Assembly (NCBI GenBank): GCA_029953675.1
Contig: JAMWBK010000002.1
Coordinates: 1,426,001 to 1,490,000, forward strand
DNA: 64,000 nucleotides
Reading direction: 5' to 3'
Source: Rhodosorus marinus CCMP1338
Lineage: Eukaryota; Plantae; Rhodophyta
The position numbers and the translations under genes were made by a program. The notes under the pieces are model-generated. The model was given only the letters and a program-made list of their open reading frames with translations, made no database searches and had not been told where the DNA came from. Positions 12,309 through 24,249 of this stretch are shown here, one piece after another. Position 1 is the first letter of the stretch, and each line of letters begins with the position of its first letter.

Positions 12309-13706
12309 CTATGTCGAAAAATCATCCCACTGCGCGTCGGTCTCAGCTTTCCATTGCTTGAGGAGGCTCGGTGTGACAATGTTCCCACCACACACAATGA
12401 GAACGACCGGCCCGTGCAGACTGGCGGGGATTAAACTCTTATCATAACCAATCGCCAATGTAGCTCCGCACGCCGGTTCAACAAGAAACCTTGCATCGAG
12501 AGTTGAGGTGAACGAACCCCATAACCGATCAGCAAGGTGCACTCCATTTGCAGGTCTGATAGAGTCAAAACGCGCAGAGGCTCACCGTTCGTTTACAAGG
12601 AATCTACCACAAGCCTCCACTGCTTCTTTATCGGAAACCACAACCGAATTGATGGACGACTTCCGTGTTTGCGGCAGAACCGCAGATGACACGCGGCTAG
12701 CTCCAAGACTCTTCGCGATGGATGTTATCGATGGCAGATCTACTAATTCTCCTTTTTCCAATGTCGCAGCCAAAGAATCCGCGCCTGCTCGTGTCGGGAA
12801 CGCGTTCAACAGCAGGGATCATTCGACTATGGGCTGCCTGTCAATACGGAATGAGTCTGTTCGCCTTACCTTCAGTTTCAGCCGCAAGAACTGAAGTGCT
12901 CTGCCAGCCAACCTTTTCAAGACCTCGGCAGACACTGAGTAATAGTCCGCCTCCCCCGACTGATAGGCCAATAGATGCTGGAGGTCGGCCACCAAGATCC
13001 TCGTAGACCTTGATAATGGATATGGAGGCAGATTTTAGCAAAAACCCCCTTTCCCTCTCGAGCTCTTCTAGAATTTTTTCAGGTGACTCTGGGTTGAAAG
13101 GAACGAATCACCTCTTGGACAAGAGAACTACCCCCTTCCCAGATGTCTTTGTGATCAAACGGGGGAACATGGATCGACGACGGATCCTCGGCCATTTCTC
13201 TCGCGAGTCTGTCTGCGTGCTTCCATTCACTGCCTTCAACAACAACGTGTGCACCTAAGCTTTCCAGCTTTTTCCGCATGAATGCTGGCGTTGTGGAAGG
13301 AACACACACGACAGTTTCTACCCCTAGCCTCTTTCCTAGTTACGAGTTCCAATGCAGGGCGAGGTGGGTCATACCCTGTCAGCAGTGTATCCACGAGGAA
13401 GGAGGGAAGATAGTCGCGGAGAGACAAACCTGCATGAGCAACTGCCGCACCAGCATTCCCTCCAGAAGAGCTCACAAATCGTCGCGCTCCAGCTTGTTTG
13501 GCCTTTGCGCACATATAACCAATCCCGCGGATCTTGAACGATCCGGAGGGCTGGGTGTTCTCCAGCTTCAGAAGCACTTCTTCGCCTAGGATGCTCGACA
13601 TCTTCTCATTTAATACAAGCGGCGTCCTCACATGCAACCTTTCGACTTTCGCTGGCTTCACAAAGCCGTCTACAGCTCCAGTGGCTACCGACTCTTCATA
13701 CGTCAT
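12309..13706 (-). CDS. PLP-dependent L-serine dehydratase / threonine deaminase (SDS/SDSL/CHA1 type), multi-exon
   Basis: TPL..LKLENTQPSGSFKIRGIG (PLP lysine), SSSGGNAG, HVPPFDH..IWEG, SVGGGGLL, ITSIAKSLGA, LVEPACGATLA and VLIVCGG. An alternative upstream ATG lies at 13793. Confidence 0.92.
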
Positions 13707-14516
13707 CTTACAGCACAAGGTTTTTGTCCTTCCTCGATATGCTTTCGAGTAAGTCGATACACTAACAAAAGCTCCATGCCTTCTAGATTCCATGGTGAAG
13801 CAAGAACTTGTCTGAAACCCAACGTCCTCCTCAAAAGACTGAAACCCTACTACCTGCCCAACTACTAAAAAGCCCCACCGCGAATGTCAACCCGCTGGTA
13901 CGCGAGCTGGAGACGACGGCCTGCAAGTTCAGACCTCGCAAGTATGTTCTTGACGTCTATCTTAAGAAGTTAGCATAAAATTCTCTCCTATCTAGCACAC
14001 TCGACCGATACCGAGTAAGACGTTAGACCTCTCCCACCACAACACCCTCCCTGAGATAAGCAATCGATCTGCGTTAGGTAAGCTCAGTAACAAATTCCTT
14101 GGAAAAGAACGCTGAAGCCATGTCCGCGAATCCAGTCCTTGCTTGAAAGAACGCATTTAAATACAAAGTTGTCTCGCGCTGATCAGTCGTAAGATATCCC
14201 ATAGTTCGTTCGCCGTGAATGAACACCCCCGGATTGCTTGGAACATACGACGGTCCTGAGTCCTCCATATCCATGTGGAGGTGGAAGACGACGAGCTGGT
14301 GCCCGTGAACACTTTTTTTTTTTAACCTGGCAATTGTGGGCTTTGTTAGGATAGCTCTTGTGTGTCAGTGTTTCGTATCACCAAAAATGGTTGATCTGGT
14401 GCGGCTTGACTCCATATGCGTGTATATATTTGTTCTCAGACCTCATTCTTGTCGTTTTTAAGTTGTTGGTTTTTCCGTCTCTGTTCATATGCGTTATGTC
14501 TTCTCTACGATTTCAG

Positions 14517-15917
14517 CTACTGCCTCAGCTGATTTCTGTATACTTTGTTCCATCTATCACATACGGAGAAATCACTCACGCCCATTCCGTGCGCAACTCC
14601 GCGAAGGATCTGAACAGTTCGCAGGACAAAGTACAGCTGTTGGGGGAATGTCTCAACTTCGACGTGTTTGATAGCCGAATCGTTGCTGAAAGGTGAGTTG
14701 CTCACGCCTTCAATTGAACGAGTATCGAACATGGTCCTCGCCAACTTTTCTTCTGGAAGGATCTGCGGCCTTCCGCTTCTTCCCAGGTGCTCAGGACTCG
14801 GCTGGGACTCTATCTCCCGTATTCGTTTCGTCTTGACCCCAAGTTCGTGCAAAGCACTGATCATTCCGGCAGAGTCTCCTTTGTGAATCTTAAAAACTAG
14901 TTTGGCGAGACGCGTTTGGTCCAATTTCTCCAACTTCTTGCACTGACCAAAGTCAACGATTCCAATGGACAGGTCCTTCTTCACCATAACGTTTCCCGGG
15001 TGTGGATCGGCCTGGAACATACCATCTACTAAGATCATTCCTCCGTAGGCATCGGTGATCGCCTCGAGAAGCTTTCTAGAGACCAGGTTTCGTCGACGCT
15101 CGGAAACGTTGCGGATCTTTACTTTCAGTTGCGTCATTGGTGTGCCGTTGACGAAGGTCATGACCAGCATCCTCCTCGTTGAAACTTCGTCAATGGGTCT
15201 GGGGATCTCTACCCGCCTGTTTGCTCCCCTCCGTTGAAGGTTGGTGGCGACGGTATTCAACGATTGTGCTTCGTTGCTGAAGTTGAATTCACGGCCGATC
15301 TCTTTCGAGAGCTCATTCACCGCAGACAAGATATCAAATTTCAACTCCGTCTTCTGAAGAAACTTTGCAAGTATTCGAAGTCGTGTGAGGTCAGCTAGCA
15401 TCTGCTTCTCCGCGTTTGGGTATTGGATTTTGACGGCAACTTGAGATGAGTTGCTGACGAGATTCGCTGAATGCACCTGGGCAATTGTTCCAGATCCGAG
15501 AGGATCCCCAAGCGACAAATTGGAGAACACTTCTTCAAGCGATCTGCCTCCGAGCTCCTTCTCGATTGCACGTCGCGTCTTCTCAGCGGACATAGGCGGG
15601 ACCCTGTCCTGAAGAGTGGAGAGCAGCATACAGTATGCCTCCGGGAAAAAATCATCTCTACCTCCTAGAAACTGTCCTGCTTTGAGGAAGAATCCTCGCA
15701 TATCTACACACAACGAGTACATCTTCTTCGCCGCCCATTCATGGTGCGAAGCCCATCTCGTATCCCTCGCATCTGCATCTCTGTGAAGCAAAATGTTTTC
15801 CACTTGAACCAGCTTAAAACCTAGGTAGATCTTAGATGTCCTACTCCAGAACTCTACCAAACGACCTCCAGACTCTATGCCATTAGATACACCAGCAAAG
15901 AGAGCTCCAATATCCAT
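14517..15917 (-). CDS. ABC1/UbiB/ADCK atypical protein kinase
   Basis: Single long ORF with LKAGQF, LSTLQDRVPP, PLGSGTIAQVH, VAVKIQYP, EFNFSNEA, FQADPHPGN and VDFGQCK. The frame stays open upstream to 15980, so the start is uncertain. Confidence 0.93.
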   Translation of the reverse strand: MDIGALFAGVSNGIESGGRLVEFWSRTSKIYLGFKLVQVENILLHRDADARDTRWASHHEWAAKKMYSLCVDMRGFFLKAGQFLGGRDDFFPEAYCMLLSTLQDRVPPMSAEKTRRAIEKELGGRSLEEVFSNLSLGDPLGSGTIAQVHSANLVSNSSQVAVKIQYPNAEKQMLADLTRLRILAKFLQKTELKFDILSAVNELSKEIGREFNFSNEAQSLNTVATNLQRRGANRRVEIPRPIDEVSTRRMLVMTFVNGTPMTQLKVKIRNVSERRRNLVSRKLLEAITDAYGGMILVDGMFQADPHPGNVMVKKDLSIGIVDFGQCKKLEKLDQTRLAKLVFKIHKGDSAGMISALHELGVKTKRIREIESQPSPEHLGRSGRPQILPEEKLARTMFDTRSIEGVSNSPFSNDSAIKHVEVETFPQQLYFVLRTVQILRGVAHGMGVSDFSVCDRWNKVYRNQLRQ

Positions 15918-16731
15918 TGAAGCCAGCGGTTCAACACCAATCCACGGCCTACGTGGAAAAACCAAAATGCAGTCGACCAAACAAATACGTTAATCAAAAA
16001 TTCTTCGCCCAAGTGATAAATCTCTCTTGAAAGTACATCTCGTTCTTCACCATCAGCAACAACCTCCTGCCTTACTCGCTCAAAGATCTTCTACGGGACC
16101 CCACTGACTATGATCAAACCGCTCAGAGCCGTTTGACACAGAGCCGATATGCCAATGGCCTAGATAACTAGTACCGCAAACTCTGCGCCAGCTTCTGCTA
16201 CTAGACATGTTGTCTTCACCCCCGCAATGCTCGCAAGTCCAGTATTGGACCACTATGTTGTCAATTGGTGATGAGGAGAGCGCGGTTCGCTTCTTGTCTC
16301 TTCACCGAACATTTAGACATTTTCAGATCGTATTTGATATTCTCTCTGAACCACACGTTTGTTGCTTTTGGTGAACCTTCGATTTTCTTGTATTTTTCGT
16401 TCCCTATCTGCTGGGGTTGTGGATTGGACCCGATGATCTGACTTTTTACGACATCAGAAGGCCTTTTCAGCTTTTAACGCAAAGTTTGCCCTTCTTCGTC
16501 GGCAAGCGGCTGATCTTTATGAGCAGGACGACGTACGAGATATGCGGTGTCATCATTGACCGGAGTTCCATGCACGCTTGCTCAATGTTGACACTGAGCT
16601 GCGGTGCGCAGCGGTCCCAATAAATTCCGCTGGAACGCTCGAGGTGCCGAGGACCGGCTCAGTCTTCAAGCATAGACCGGATTCCAACAGGGGGACCCCC
16701 TTGGACCTACTCTAGATGCGCTGGTACACCT

Positions 16732-16932
16732 TTGAGAGCTCTACCCGATCAGTGCCCGCGGCTCAACCTCACGGCCATTCACGACGACCAGATGCTGCTA
16801 GGGCATAGTGGAAGAGGTGAAGCACGCCTTGCATTGGATGCGTTCAGAACCGTACTACTTCCTTGTCGCGCTGGTTTCTGCTATAATAACGTTCATTCTG
16901 GTGCAATAGGTTGTGTGGCTACGTTCTACTAG
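16732..16932 (+). mobile_element. Possible decayed LTR-retrotransposon integrase zinc-binding (HHCC) fragment
   Basis: LTAIHDDQMLLGHSGRGEARLAL resembles the HD-x4-GH-x-G motif. The CxxC half is degenerate and no core domain follows in frame. Confidence 0.25.
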
Positions 16933-18577
16933 TGGAACGATCTCAAAGTTTCCTTCCTCTACTCGACGGGCATGGGTGGCAAGGATTGCACTCCCACCAC
17001 AGAGCGCGATTCAGGGTTGCCCGTGCTTCACTTTCTTGGCTTGACCGGTTCTGGAGGTGAAGAGTGACCTCTCTCAGGAACTGATCGGCTTGTTTTTTTG
17101 CCTAGTCTGCCGAATCTCTCCACGCATAATGGCACGAAGATGTCATCATTGTGGTCTCCGATCGCGAGGTGCTCTTGAATGACCGCAGAGAGCACACCCG
17201 CTGAACTAGGGCAGCATTTCATAGCCAGAGAGTCAGACTCAAGGGGCAAGAAAAGGGCATCCGGGCGATCACCGAACACTCCCACAACCATGCATCCTCA
17301 GCACATGGACAAGGACAAGTGAATTTATCAGAGACTAACGACTCTGAGAGCACTAGATTACAGAAGACGTGTGCTTCGCATCTCCAATAATGCGGCGTTC
17401 ATTCGCCATAGCGCGATGCTCAGAGTCTTGTGCAGACCGGAAAGCGCAGTCTGTCGCTCACGGAAGCAGTCTTTGAGCAAAGAAGCTCCCTTACGAACAT
17501 CAGCGCTATCTTGGGATCAGAAAACACCTATACGAAGCCCTAGGAGATCGGGTACACGGCACATAAAAAGGAAAGGTTTTCCGCCGAAACCCAGCGACGG
17601 GATAGTGGGACCATAGCGATGAGACTCGCCTACTGCAGAAAGCAAGATAGTGACGACCGAAAGCTTCAGTAAACATGTACAGGACGTAAGAGTGACCTCG
17701 CCGTTGCAAAAGACCAGTAGCGAGACTCGTATTTTGCTTTTTCACCGCAACCGACAGAGGTTAGGCCCTCTACAGGGGAGGAGATTGCATGTGGATTCCG
17801 GGCGGCTCGAGATCCGAGCTAGCCACAAGCCGCGACGTACAGGCTCAGACTAGCTCCCAAAATAGTTAGTTCTTTCTGTGCTTTGATTTTCGTATATCGC
17901 GCCCTCCTAGCTCTGAGACGAGTATGCCCCCCAATCAAACAAACCTCAGAACCAGACCCTGCCAACATCAACCCCCATCTCCCCCGTAACTGTCACATCG
18001 AATCCAGCACTCATCCAAAAAAAATATTTGAGACAAATAAATATTGATAGATATATCCTATAATCATAAATTTTGTTCTTATATTGATTGCATAATCCAA
18101 TTTTAAAAATTATTCATATGACAGATAAACCAATTCAAGCAACGTTTTGTTCATCACAATCTAATCGTCATCTACCAGCGGATAATAATAATTTAAAACA
18201 ATACAATAGTAGATTGATAGTAATATTTAATTTCATAATTCATATATTAATGATTGATATGTATTTTAATTACGTTTTTATTAATATGACGAGTATATAG
18301 TTTATATATATCTCACGGTCGTGCTGTGTATATTCTGGAGCTACGGTGGTAGGGTGGGGTCTGTGCGGGGGGAAGCAGGGTACATAGATGTGTCGGGAAG
18401 GAGGGCTTAGAAGTCTGATTCTTATGTGTTTTGTCTTCTAACTGAGCGGTATTCGAAGGAAGTATCATTTCGTTTGTCTGTGTTTTTAATTTTGGAAGCT
18501 CTTTTGGATGCTGTCAGGAGCGGAATTCTGTTGGTAGAGTGGGCTTTTTTCTTTTTTTTTGGCTTGGTTTTCTTGAG

Positions 18578-19654
18578 ATGGTTGGGTTTGTGTTGAGTCC
18601 TGGGAGAGGTGGGCACCTGGCGAAGAGGGGATTGAGCGTTTGCGCTTCGGGAAGCGGTAAGGTACTTTTTTTTTTTTTTGTTTGGTTTTGATGAAGAAGG
18701 GGGTCTGTTTTTTGTTGTTTTGGTTCCGGTCGCATTCTGGTTTGATGCCTCTTGACGTCAGGTTTGCCGTTACTGGGGCGTTGGCGAGATTGTCAACCGA
18801 GCTGAAGTTTGGGATGCTGTTTTTCAAATTTTTTTTTGGTGTACAGGGAATGGAGTTGCGAAAGTCCCAGAGCCGAGGCGGGCGGAGGTTCACCGAGTGA
18901 CTGGAGAAACTGAGGTTTATGTCAGCGTAAACGTAGACGGCACTGGAGTGTGTGACAGTCAGACGGGAATTCCGTTCCTCGATCATATGATACATCAACT
19001 TAGCAGCCATGGACTCCTTGACATCAAGGTACGAAAATTTGTGGATTTGGATAGGTTGGTAGTGTTGGTTGTTCACGTCCAAGTCGAATTTTGTTCAGAT
19101 TGAGGCGAAAGGTGATTATCACATTGACGACCACCACACCAATGAGGACGTTGGTATTTCGCTGGGCATGGCGCTTGCCAAGGCTCTTGGAGACAAGAGG
19201 GGAATCCGGCGTTTCGGTCACTTTGCTGCGCCATTAGATGAAGCCCTCGTAGAGATAGTATTGGACTTTTCCGGTCGTCCATACCTCGCGTACGGCCTCA
19301 ATATTCCTACTGAGCGTGTCGGTACTTACGACACTCAACTTGTCAGAGAGTTCTACGCTGCTGTGGCTTCAAACGCTCAGATGACATTACATATTCGACA
19401 GCTCGATGGCATCAACTCTCACCACATTATTGAGGTGCGTACATGAACAGATCGTATGCAATAGAGACGGTAACCTGGGATTGTCGTTGATCATCCTCCA
19501 TTGTTTGGAAAACCAGGCCTCGTTCAAGGCGTTTGCAAGAGCTATGAGAATGGCTCTCGAGCACGATTCGAGACGGCTGGGAACCGTTCCATCTTCAAAA
19601 GGAGTCCTCACGGATGAACAAGCTCTGTCGGCACAGTCAGTGAAGGAAGCTTAG
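18578..19654 (+). CDS. HIS3: Imidazoleglycerol-phosphate dehydratase with plastid transit peptide; 4 exons
   Basis: Exon 1 [19 protein letters not shown] is followed by an intron at 18657-18846. Then come [49 protein letters not shown]|[13 protein letters not shown] and PSSKGVL. Confidence 0.96.
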
Positions 19655-20248
19655 AGCGGCAATTTTCAGCTCTTGGAAGTGGAGGCTTTTGCAGCCCATT
19701 CCGAATATATGCGGGTTGGAACGATAGGCCGGGCACACCGGGAGACTGAAAGTGGCTTCTAAACAACAGAACTTCAGACAAACTGACAAACCGCGAAAGA
19801 TTTTCTAAGGCATTTCTCCTGGAGCCTCGAATGACATAATGGGTTCGAATTCTCGGAAGACAATGACTAGCTTCAAACGTGTATATGAGTAAGGTGTAAT
19901 AGCCAGAAAGTCTTCTGTTGTTAATGGCCTGAAAGGAACGGACTTTGATAAACGAACTGGGGCTTCCGCTTCTTTTAGATTGAAGTTAGTCATGTACAGT
20001 CTTATCCAGCATAGCTTGTGAACAGGGAACCCGTTAAGATCGCATTCGAATAACTGCAAAGGTTTGGCTTGGGAGTGGGAACACCCATCGCGCCTGTCTC
20101 ATTGGGTTCAGAATGTCAACAAACAAACGAGCGCGCTTGAGAAACCTCTGGAACTAATCAACACTTTCGAAGAGGATGCGACCAGATAAGCTTCTTCTGG
20201 CGTTTGCTTAAATTTGTTTTAGTCATCAGTTCTGTACATGCTAAAGCG

Positions 20249-21457
20249 TTAGTCGGCAGTTGACGCTCTAAGGAAAACCAGGCCTTCGTACTTGTCGTCT
20301 AGAGGTGGAACGGCTGACTCTGGGAGGATGACCTTCGCTTTTCGCAGATCCAGGACCGACAGGAAAGTCTTGAAATCGGCGAGGGAATTTCTCTCCACAG
20401 ATCGCAACGCTAGGACAAGTCGGTTGTCCGTTCCCGGAATGAATTTCACGCTTGAAAATCCTTCCGCCCCACCACTGCTCAAATCCTTAAAATCTAAATC
20501 CTCCAAAACTTTGTCAAAACCTTCGGACACGATCAGGGCGTGATTCCACCCTTTCAACTCGTTGTCGTCACCGTCGTACCCCGTCTCACTAAACCGACGT
20601 GGGAAGAAGAGCCATGCTCTCCTCTGTTCATCCCATAGGACGGCCTCATGCATAAGGTATCCAGGAAACGATGTTCCAGCCGCCTCACGTATCTTGTCGT
20701 ACCTATCCGTCCAGTCGACGTGCGTCACATTCCCATCCTCATCAACTTCTTTTACCCACATTCTCTCTTTTCCCTTGACCTTTGAGGAATCCTGAGGATC
20801 TGTTGTTTCCCTTCCATGGCTTCCTACGATCAACTTCCCATCTTTTACGGTCATCCACTCTATCTTGAATGCAGAAGGAGCCGTCCCATCTAGATCTTTC
20901 AGTTCTAACCATTTCTTCAGTGAATACTCCCCTGTTTCCACCCCGTTGAGTTCGTAAAGTATACCGGTGTGATCATCTCCTGTAAGAAGCTTTCCAGCAA
21001 AGTACTCGAACTCACTGAGCTCCATTCCACGCTTGTCCACTGCAACGTCTGAGACTAAAACGTTTAAATCCTCCTCTCCTTGAGGCTCAAGGAACACCTT
21101 GAACCCTTCCTCCTCGCTTCCAGTTAAGTTTCCGGTCTGAATCTTTGCGATCCATCTCCGGTTGGCCTCATCATAAGATCTCTCGTCCATATCCGTAACC
21201 ATCAAGATTTTCATGGACAAAGACTTCAACGCTGGCTTCTCCTCGATTTCCGATCCAGCGGATCTACCATCCCGAGATCCCAATCCTTCCTTAATATCTT
21301 CATCCTTGGCTTCATCTACCGCTTCAAAAAGGGACATAGACACCAAAGTGACCGCGAGGAATATACCAAATACAGTGAATCTGAACCATCGGGACCTTGA
21401 CACCTGTCTCTGGTCCCTCGCTCCAACTCTCTTCATCGTCGAATCCAAACAGTACAT
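20249..21457 (-). CDS. CANT1: Calcium-activated nucleotidase / apyrase (CANT1 family), type II membrane protein
   Basis: N-terminal TM (FTVFGIFLAVTLVSMSLF) followed by RGMELSE, DDHTGILYEL, FKIEWMTVKDGKLIVGSHGRE, GYLMHEAVLW, FFPRR, GFSSVKFIPGT and KYEGL. Intronless. An alternative ATG lies at 21436. Confidence 0.92.
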   Translation of the reverse strand: MYCLDSTMKRVGARDQRQVSRSRWFRFTVFGIFLAVTLVSMSLFEAVDEAKDEDIKEGLGSRDGRSAGSEIEEKPALKSLSMKILMVTDMDERSYDEANRRWIAKIQTGNLTGSEEEGFKVFLEPQGEEDLNVLVSDVAVDKRGMELSEFEYFAGKLLTGDDHTGILYELNGVETGEYSLKKWLELKDLDGTAPSAFKIEWMTVKDGKLIVGSHGRETTDPQDSSKVKGKERMWVKEVDEDGNVTHVDWTDRYDKIREAAGTSFPGYLMHEAVLWDEQRRAWLFFPRRFSETGYDGDDNELKGWNHALIVSEGFDKVLEDLDFKDLSSGGAEGFSSVKFIPGTDNRLVLALRSVERNSLADFKTFLSVLDLRKAKVILPESAVPPLDDKYEGLVFLRASTAD

Positions 21458-22495
21458 GAAAATTCTCAAAGCAGCTACTTCGCCTTTACAGCCACCTCAC
21501 TCCCTCGATCTATGCCCCCCCCCCAAAAACCTGTGGTTTTTTCAGTCGCAACAAACTCAATCACCTTCTTCCATAAATTTCACCCGCTCGCTTTCATCCT
21601 CGTCTAGTTCGTTGAGAAACCTCCCCCTGCGCCTCAGCGTGAGACCACAGGACCTTTCCAAAGATCTACCTACTCAGCACAAGCTTTTACTCGCAACAAT
21701 CCCGCCCCCAACCTCCTTCTCTACTTCTTATCCACGAAGGAAAGAACATGAGAGCCAAACTTCAGCTTCGATACTAACAATCACAATGAAAGGCCAAAAT
21801 CAAGAGCTGATTCCGCGTGACAGTTTAGTCTCTTCTATCCCCTTTGTTCTCTTTCACTCCGTCGCCCAGGTTAAAACCCTAACTGTTCCCACTTGAGGGT
21901 GCTTAGCGATCGGATAACCCTGGCCGGTTGCTTAGGAGGTCTCGTATTGGTTCAGCACCGAGCCGGTAACCCTGCACCGGTAGCCTCCTGAAACATTCGA
22001 GAATCATACGTTGGCAAATAGCCTTTAGATGCAGTTGATGACTAGGTGAGATAACCGAGGAAAGCCCGATTCTAGTCATAGATTGGACGCCATTGCTGAG
22101 CTAGATGGGACTAAGCACCAGTCCAGCAACAATGCTTGCCACTAGGGAGAAGGAGAACCTGCTCTGTGGTTTCGTTCATGGTCGGTACGGAAGAGTCAAA
22201 CCATATAGGAAGGGAACAATTATCGCTCTTGAGAGTGTAGCATAAGCAAGCAAAGCACTGTCTTTCTACCTGGTTCAACGGCTTCTGATCCGTCAGCCGG
22301 ATTGGGGCCGGTATCGTCCCTCATCCTCACAGTCACTCTGTATCGTATGCTCCCGGCCCTAGACTGCACCCAGGGCTAGTGATCAGAGGAAGCCTTCGAC
22401 GAAAGAAAGCCAGAACTGAAGAGACAACCAGTTCGCGAGCTTCGTTTGACATTCTCTGTCACCTCCGGTGTATCCGAAGCATGGTGCGGGAAGTA

Positions 22496-23694
22496 CTAGG
22501 AACCAGCGGGTCCGACTAGCTTTTCGAACCTTTCCACTTCCTCTTTAGATCCATAGCAGACTTGAGTTCGAACATCAAGTGCACTTATTGGAACGTCGAG
22601 GAGCGACTTTTCCCCATCGGAAGTTCGTCCACCGCTACGTTCAAAGAGGTAAGCCAACGGAGCACATTCGTACAGCAGTCGGAGTTTTGCTGGCGCGGAT
22701 GCCGTCGACGGGTTGCAAAAAACTCCCTTGCCCTTGATCAGTAGTTGGTTAAGATCTGGAACCATTGCTCCTGTGTACCTGAGCGTGTACTTGTTTGTTA
22801 GCCAGTACGTTATGAGTTCATTGTATCCAGCGTGGGATTGGCTTGCGCGTAGGTTTCCCGGAGCGAAAAGCTTTCCTTCGGAAATCGTCGAGAACTCTCT
22901 CGTCTTGAGCCATTTATCATCCTACAGAGAAAGAGCAGGGACGGAAGACCCGCCGAATGGTCTCAGCTAACGGCTGCATGCTTGTGGCGTTGAAGCCGCA
23001 TGTTGTTCCCCAACGTACTTTCAGAATAAGCTCCATGGCCGGCAAAGATTTGATTGCTATTGATATAGTGGTCCGAGGTCCATAGACGGCGCATCCACCA
23101 ACGACGAGCTCTCGTCCAGTTCGGTTGAGCAAGGAAGTCCCAGGCCAGACACCGAAGATGGTTCCCACTGAGAAGTTGGTTCCTGTTCAATACACACCGA
23201 AGAGTCTCGAGTCTGAGAGAAGTGTCTAGATTCAACAACTCCACGCGTTGGGAGGTGGCGATCATTTCCTTCTGACCTATGACACTTGAGCCATCGAGTG
23301 GATCGAATGCTACGCTGTAGCTGCCATCGCCCAGGCGATTTTCAGTCGGGACCTCCTCAGACGAAGCAGTAGCGACGACGCCAGATGCTCTCAGCTCATC
23401 AAAGAGGATCTTGTCGGCGAAGACGTCAATCTCGAGCTGTTCATCCCCAAATGTGTTCGAGGTTGCAATCTTCTCAGTTCGACCAGATCTTACTGCATCT
23501 GCAATCTGCCAGAAAGAAAAAGCAGATGACGTACCAAAGATGTCAAGATCAACATCAGTTGGTTTCAGCGTTCCAGCAACCGTGCGGTTCCAGGCGGCAC
23601 AACCAACCTGAGCGCAAGCCCGTGCAATGTGCTCTATACATCGACGTAAGTCCTTGTCCAATGGACTCAGAACGTCCTCCAAAATCAGAGACAT
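22496..23694 (-). CDS. SBP: Sedoheptulose-1,7-bisphosphatase (FBPase/SBPase fold), no evident transit peptide; multi-exon
   Basis: NTFGDEQLEIDVFAD, ASSEEVP, VAFDPLDGSSVI, GTIFGVWPG, YGPRTT, FAPGNLRA, KYTLRYTGAMVPDLNQLLIKGKGVF, AKLRLLYECAPL and RTQVCYGS are all SBPase-type motifs. Confidence 0.9.
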
Positions 23695-24249
23695 TCTTTC
23701 TCAATGTCCGCTGATCTTGCAAACGAATCTCATCGCCATTCTCCGAACAGCCCAACCAATGGAGACCAGGTTTTCTCAACCAAGCCATGGAATAGGTGAA
23801 AATACGGAAACGCATATAGAGGATGGAAATACTAGCACTAGGTGCTCAGCAGTTTCCGATTCCTTTTCTGCCACGAGAAAGGTAAGAGCCTTCCCTTGTA
23901 GAAGCCTTAGGGAGTGGAATATGCCGGCGACTACGTCCAGCAGAGTATTCCTAGGGGCACATTCTCCATCGATATCAAGAGTAATCGATCCACCACCTGA
24001 TTGGAACCGGATCCGTTACCAGATTGGTATAGGATATGGTTCTTTAGATCGCAAGACCTACTTCACATTACGACTGCAGTACCCGTCGACGCTAGCGACT
24101 GAAATCTCACCACCCCCACCACCGCCGCGACGATAGTCTCCGTTAGAAGTGGACGGCTTGTCAGTTGAGTTGAGTGGACAGTCTTGGGCCTGTGTACCTT
24201 TCGGGATGACCGATCGTCCGTTTTATGCATGGAACAGAGTAAGAAATAG

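Noticed and set aside
14074-14274. 66-aa minus-strand ORF (MDMEDSGPSY...)
   Set aside because: Protein-like, but no motif or splice support. It may be a pseudogene fragment.
17028-17745. Minus-strand fragments with an integrase-like string (GHSYVLYMFTEAF)
   Set aside because: Too weak, and on the opposite strand to the HHCC-like fragment at 16732.
22030-22085. GAGGAAAGCCC inside an ATGACTAG/CTAGTCAT stem, resembling RNase P/MRP P4 or a hammerhead core
   Set aside because: No complementary P4 3-prime strand and no CUGANGA core were found.
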